Assembly (NCBI RefSeq): GCF_009914755.1
Contig: NC_060934.1
Direction: 5' to 3' (one strand)
Source: the human T2T-CHM13v2.0 reference genome, Homo sapiens
Length of the DNA: 64,000 bases
Shown: positions 59,172 through 64,000 of the stretch, in pieces
How positions within the stretch are numbered: the stretch's first letter is position 1
How the letters are laid out: each line of letters begins with the position of its first letter
Translations under genes and position numbers: made by a program
The notes under the pieces: generated by a model
What the model was told of the DNA's origin: nothing
Databases searched by the model: none
Seen by the model: only the letters and a program-made list of their open reading frames with translations

Positions 59172-59730
59172 AGGAAAATTTTTTTTAAGGCATGAAAAGG
59201 TATACGGTGGAAAATTTCCCCTCATTGCCAGGCTACATTAAAAAAAAAAAAGCCTCACTTCCTTAACTGTAGCTATTATCCACTATTATTGAACATGAGC
59301 CCATTTCCTGGCAGGCTGTTTTGTGCAGTCCTAAAAGGCCCACAACCTAGGCTTTGTGTGTTTTTGGGGAGCGTCTATGAATGTACTCCAGCCCTGGAAG
59401 GAGAACAAAGGCTTACTAGTTCCTCATAGGAGAATGAACAGCAACAGGGAAATTATTAAATGCTTAATTGGTAATGACATACAGTGTAACAGTGTCAGCT
59501 TCATTAATTGTTAAATTAGGCAATGATTAACATATCATTAGGTTTATAGTAGCCAAGGCAAAAGAATACAATTCTTTTCAAAAGTTTTATAGCAACAAGT
59601 TCATTATGATGGCAGGATGTGAACAATTTCAGCACCATTGATGGGGTGGGGCCCCTGAGACCAGGACCTGCAGAAGAACCACAACGCCCGGTGCCCACTG
59701 AAAGGAACGCGTGCCCGCGCCCAGCCTTAC

Positions 59731-59857
59731 TTGCTGATGTACTCCCCGGTGAGGACCTTCCCGCAGGACTTGCATTTAAAGCACCCCAAGTGCCACTGCT
59801 TATCCAGCGCCAGCAGCGCCTGCCCGTTCTTGATATCTCTTCCGCAGCCGGCACAAT
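59731..59857 (-). CDS. ABLIM1: ABLIM1 internal coding exon (127 bp), most of LIM domain 3
   Basis: Acceptor CTCTTTTTCAG|AT, donor AA|GTAAGG; encodes (N)CAGCGRDIKNGQALLALDKQWHLGCFKCKSCGKVLTGEYIS(K), a CxxC...HxxC..CxxC LIM pattern matching recalled ABLIM1; phase 1 to phase 2. Confidence 0.97.
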
Positions 59858-61183
59858 CTGAAAAAGAGCAGCCGCCAGTGGTTACTACACATTTCCTTTG
59901 CTAAATCCAAGCAGGCAGCCCAATTTCAACCCCACTGTGTGCCCATCACACACTCAATCAATATTTACTCAAGCACCATCTCGGGTCAGTTTCTTTCCCT
60001 GCACAAAATCTTTCTTGGTGAAGGCTCACAGGCTGCGTCCTCGGAAGGACACAGAACGGAAGCTTCATGAACCTCCGTGGATCTACGGGGATGGATGTCC
60101 TTCACCCATCTGCTTACTTGGGGGTTTTTTAATGTATCCTCTGAGCTACAGATCGCCCAGAGAATATTTAATTATAGTGTCTTGGCTGTGATTTTAAGAA
60201 AGTGCGCATAGGCATTTATTAATTGAGGGCACTGTGAACAACTCAGCACTTTATGCTGATGCCTCGCCTAACACTATATACGTGATTACTCCTGGAGGCT
60301 GCCAGTAAATCTCATTTTTGTAAATGGGACCCTACTTCCTTATCAATCCAAACCAGCCTTTCAAAGATTTGTGATCATCAATTAAATGGCTCTTAATTCC
60401 TTAGCTCTCAATTCTCCTTGGCAGGCTCCTGGAAGGACAATAAAGGAGAAATTATTTCTTCATGGTAAAGAGTGTGGGCCTGGAATAAGACATCCCAGTG
60501 AGGAACCCCAGCTAACTCCTCGTTGGCTAGCTATGTGATCAAAGCAAGTTACACCCTTTTGAAGCCTGGGTTTCTTCTTAGGGAAGTGGGAATGTTATCA
60601 GCACCTGGTCTCAGCCCTCTGATGAGGATTCAGTGCATTTAATAGATTTAGCAGTAGATGGCACATTGGAAGTGACTAGAAACATTTGCTGTTATTACAA
60701 TTGCCATAATTAATCTGATTATCGACTGCTTCATTCTGTTAGGGAAGTTGGGTATTAAAAAGAAACCAGAAGACTGTAAATTGGTGCAACCTTTCTGGAA
60801 AGCAACTTCAACAACTACAGACATTCCACATCAATGTACCTGAGAGAATGAAAGCAAGCACGTGTCAAGTTGGCCACGTGTTCCAAGCTGATCAGACAGA
60901 ACACACACAGAATAAAGCCATGTCCTGGCAAGTCCACTTAGTGGCCAGGTTTGGACCAAGACAGAGTCCACTTGGTACACAAAGTGATGAAACAACCCCC
61001 TCTTCTGACCACATCCGTGACTGCCACTGCTTTTTCCTAATGACGCTTCTAGCCCAACTTTAATTCTCTGACCATCCAGAAAACCTTGAGACCCAATCGC
61101 TGACCTGGTCCTGCTTCTTGACAACACTTAACCTAGAACTGCTTCTAATCCTTTGAATCCTCTTTAAAATTACCTAGCACGTG

Positions 61184-61495
61184 GGCTGGGTGCGGTGGCA
61201 CACACCTGTAATCCCAGAACTTTGGGAGGCCGAGGCGGATGGATCACCTGAGGTCATGAGTTCAAGACCAGCCTGACTAATGTGGTGAAACCCTGTCTCT
61301 ACAAAATACAAAAAATTAGCCGGGCATGGTGGTGCATGCCTGTAATCCCAGCTACTCAGGAGGCTGAGGCAGGAGAATTGCTTGAACCTGGGAGGCAGAG
61401 GTGCAGTGAGCTGAGATCATGCCATTGCACTCCAGCCTGGGCAACAAGAACGAAGCTCCGTCTCAATAAATAAAGTAATTAAATAAATAAATAAA
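61184..61495 (+). mobile_element. AluS
   Basis: Flanking AAAATTACC(T/C)AGCAC duplication. Confidence 0.93.
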
Positions 61496-62474
61496 ATTAC
61501 CCAGCACAAGCCCAAATGCTGTGAAAACTCCTCCAAACTGCACCCAGAGTGGGCTCACAGTTCCTCTGGCTTCCCTCTTGCTGCAGCTAGTTTAACCCGT
61601 TCTTTTTCTTTTTTTTTAATGACAGGTGTATTTCTGGTGATCTTGGACAGTGGGTGTTCACATAACCTTGAGATCCAGTAATTATTTTATGTCTAAGATT
61701 TTATTCTACAAATATATTTGCAAAAGCACATATGTGCATGCATATGTTCCCTACAGCATTTCTCTAATAACAAAAACTGGAAATAGGCTATATGGACCAT
61801 CAGTGAAGGGCCAGTTAAATAAATTATAGTATAGTTGATAATGGAATACTATGGGCTGTTCAAAAGAACGAGGCAGATTTGTGCTCTGGCATGGAAAGAT
61901 GTTCAAAATAGATCAAGTAAAAAAAGCAGGCCATAGAACAGTAAGCATAGCATAAGCTCATTCATAAAAAAGTAGTAAAGAAAATGGTGTGTGTGTCCTA
62001 GTCCCAGAATAGAACATTTCTGGGGGAAAACATTAAAAATTCTTAAGAAACTTCCCTCTCTGGAGGAGGACTTTACTGTTTAACTTCACATCCTCTGTGT
62101 TGTTTGAATTTTTAAACCATGATAATGTAAAAAATTTGACTATTTATAAAATTTAAAAATATAAGTTCTGAATATTGCAAATTAGAATTTCTTAATGTAT
62201 GGCCCATTATCTAGTACACATATGAGTGTGTATTAGATGGTCATATGCATATGAGTGTATATTAGATGGTCATAAAAGATTAAGCATTTTTTTAAAAGCT
62301 GGGGTTTATATGAATTCCAACATCTGACCAAAATTTTTATAAAAGGAATCTCACATCTGGTAGTTTACTATAAAGATAAAAATGGAAGGCCACGATATTA
62401 GTTTAAAAATATAATTTTTAAAGGTTAGGAGCACAGTATGGATGTAAGAAAACTGATAGTTTTCTTTAAAAAAA

Positions 62475-62865
62475 GACTATTTTTAGAGCAGGTGTAGGTT
62501 CACAGCAAAATTGAGCAGAAGGTACGGAGATTTCTGATACAACCCCAGTCCCTCCCCGTGCACAGCCTCCCCCATTAGCAACATCCCCCACCAGAGTGGA
62601 ACCATTGTTATAATTGATGAACTGACACTGACACATCATGATAGCCCAGAGTCCACAGCTTACATTAGGGTTCAGTCTTGATGTTGGACATTCTGAGTTT
62701 GGACAAAGGTAGTAATGACATGTACCCGCTCTTATAGTATCATACAGAGTAGTGTCACTACCCTAAAAACTCTCTGTACCCCATCTATTCATCCCTCCCT
62801 CCTCCTAACTCCTGGAAACCACTGATCTTTTCACTGTCTACATAGTTTTGCCTTTTCCAGGATGA
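62475..62865 (-). mobile_element. L1MC-like 3' fragment
   Basis: TTTTAGAGCAG..GGTTCACAGCAAAATTGAGCAGAAGGTAC. Confidence 0.8.
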
Positions 62866-62929
62866 AATGGACAATTTTTTAATCCAAGTCTAACTGAAAT
62901 TTTTCTTTATTCTTCTAATTACATAATTC

Positions 62930-62945
62930 CCACTAGGTGGCAGCA
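62930..62945 (+). promoter_or_regulatory. CTCF-like motif
   Basis: CCACTAGGTGGCAGCA fits the CTCF core; motif only. Confidence 0.6.
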
Positions 62946-63430
62946 AAGATTTTAATAATAAGGAAGATGCTGTTCAATAGAATTTTTAAAAGAGAAAATC
63001 AACTTTCAGAGATGGCTTTTCATTTCTACAAATGACAATGGATGGGCTCAGGGAGGTTGACAGAGCTGTTTGCAGTCTCTCTGCTGCACCAAAAGTGAGG
63101 TCCAGGGAGGTGGATGGTGTGGGGAAGGTAGGAGCAGCATGGGCATTGGTGTCAGGAAGACTCGGGCAAGTTACTCTCTCCGAACCCTCATTTCTTCATC
63201 TGTAAAATGCGGACAACAGCCATTGCCTAGGCTGCTATCAGGAAGAAAAGAGATCATGCACTGTAAAGTGTTTTGCATAATACAATGCTTGGTACATGTG
63301 AGCCACTCAATAGACTCCCTTTTTCCTCGGTTAGGAGCAGTTAGGTCTTGGGCTCTTTACAACCACCTCAGTGCCCAGACATCCCAGAGCTATGAAATAA
63401 GCAAAGACACAATTTGAAAATAAAGACCAC

Positions 63431-63805
63431 TGTTAGGGGATAGAAAGTCTTGAGGGCTTGGCCTGCAGCCAATCAGAGGCTGAAGCGGAGTTACACTCTA
63501 TACAAATGAAGGACTGGCCCACGGCCAATCAGAGGCTGAAGCGGAGTTACACTCTATACAAATGAAGGACTGGCCCATGGCCAATCAGAGGCTGAAGTGG
63601 AGTTACACTCTATATAAATGAAGGACTGGCCCAGGGCCAATCAGAGGCTGAAGTGGAAACTTGACCTGCAAACAATCAGAGACTGAAGTGAAAGATTGGC
63701 CCATGACCAACCAGAGGCTGAAGTTTTCCTTTTGATTTAATTCTAAGAAGTCAACTTCAGATTCGCCTTAGGCTCCCAGTCTCTAGACCCTATTTTCCTG
63801 CCTCA
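63431..63805 (-). mobile_element. MER51-family (ERV1) solo LTR with internal 56-bp tandem repeat
   Basis: Minus strand starts TGAGGCAGGAAAATAGGGTCT; TG..CA termini; 4-bp TSD CCAC (63427-63430, 63806-63809). Confidence 0.88.
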
Positions 63806-64000
63806 CCACTATGATCATTCTGCACTGAGGGCTTTCTAGAATCAGGTACCACGTGAGGGCTTTGTAAACATGGTACCATTTAGTTTTCACAATCATTCTA
63901 GTCAAAGTGCCTTGCAGACTGGAAGCTCTCTGACTTCACAGGTGGTATCTATACCATTGAGCTCCTCCATGCCCTGCACGGTGCCTCATGGGGGACAGCC

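Noticed and set aside
59516-59854. 112-aa minus ORF over the LIM3 exon
   Set aside because: Shifted frame of the real exon running into intron
60830-61665. Possible old LTR split by the Alu at 61184
   Set aside because: LTR-like composition but family, termini and TSD could not be established

Overview
Primate (human or great-ape) genomic DNA from the middle of ABLIM1 (actin-binding LIM protein 1), which is transcribed on the minus strand. Four coding exons (59857-59731, 57177-57084, 3972-3885, 94-36) have GT-AG boundaries and compatible phases, and join into one reading frame encoding LIM domains 3 and 4. A ~53 kb intron (3973-57083) splits LIM4. Most of the window is intronic and repeat-rich: about 30 Alus, L1 fragments, THE1/MLT1/MER51 LTRs, MER DNA transposons and microsatellites. 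I see no new multi-gene system. The best leads are: (i) a candidate internal promoter/first exon near 38.7-39.0 kb with uORFs, plus a nearby 65-nt exon with strong splice sites; (ii) an old SNRPB2 retrocopy with a stop-free RRM frame; (iii) a BC200 retrocopy; (iv) a ~215-bp non-Alu inverted duplication; (v) a perfect heat-shock element, a CTCF motif, a GGAA microsatellite and an NF-Y array. Gene and repeat names come from recalled sequences, not database searches. Repeat boundaries are approximate unless target-site duplications (TSDs) are quoted.
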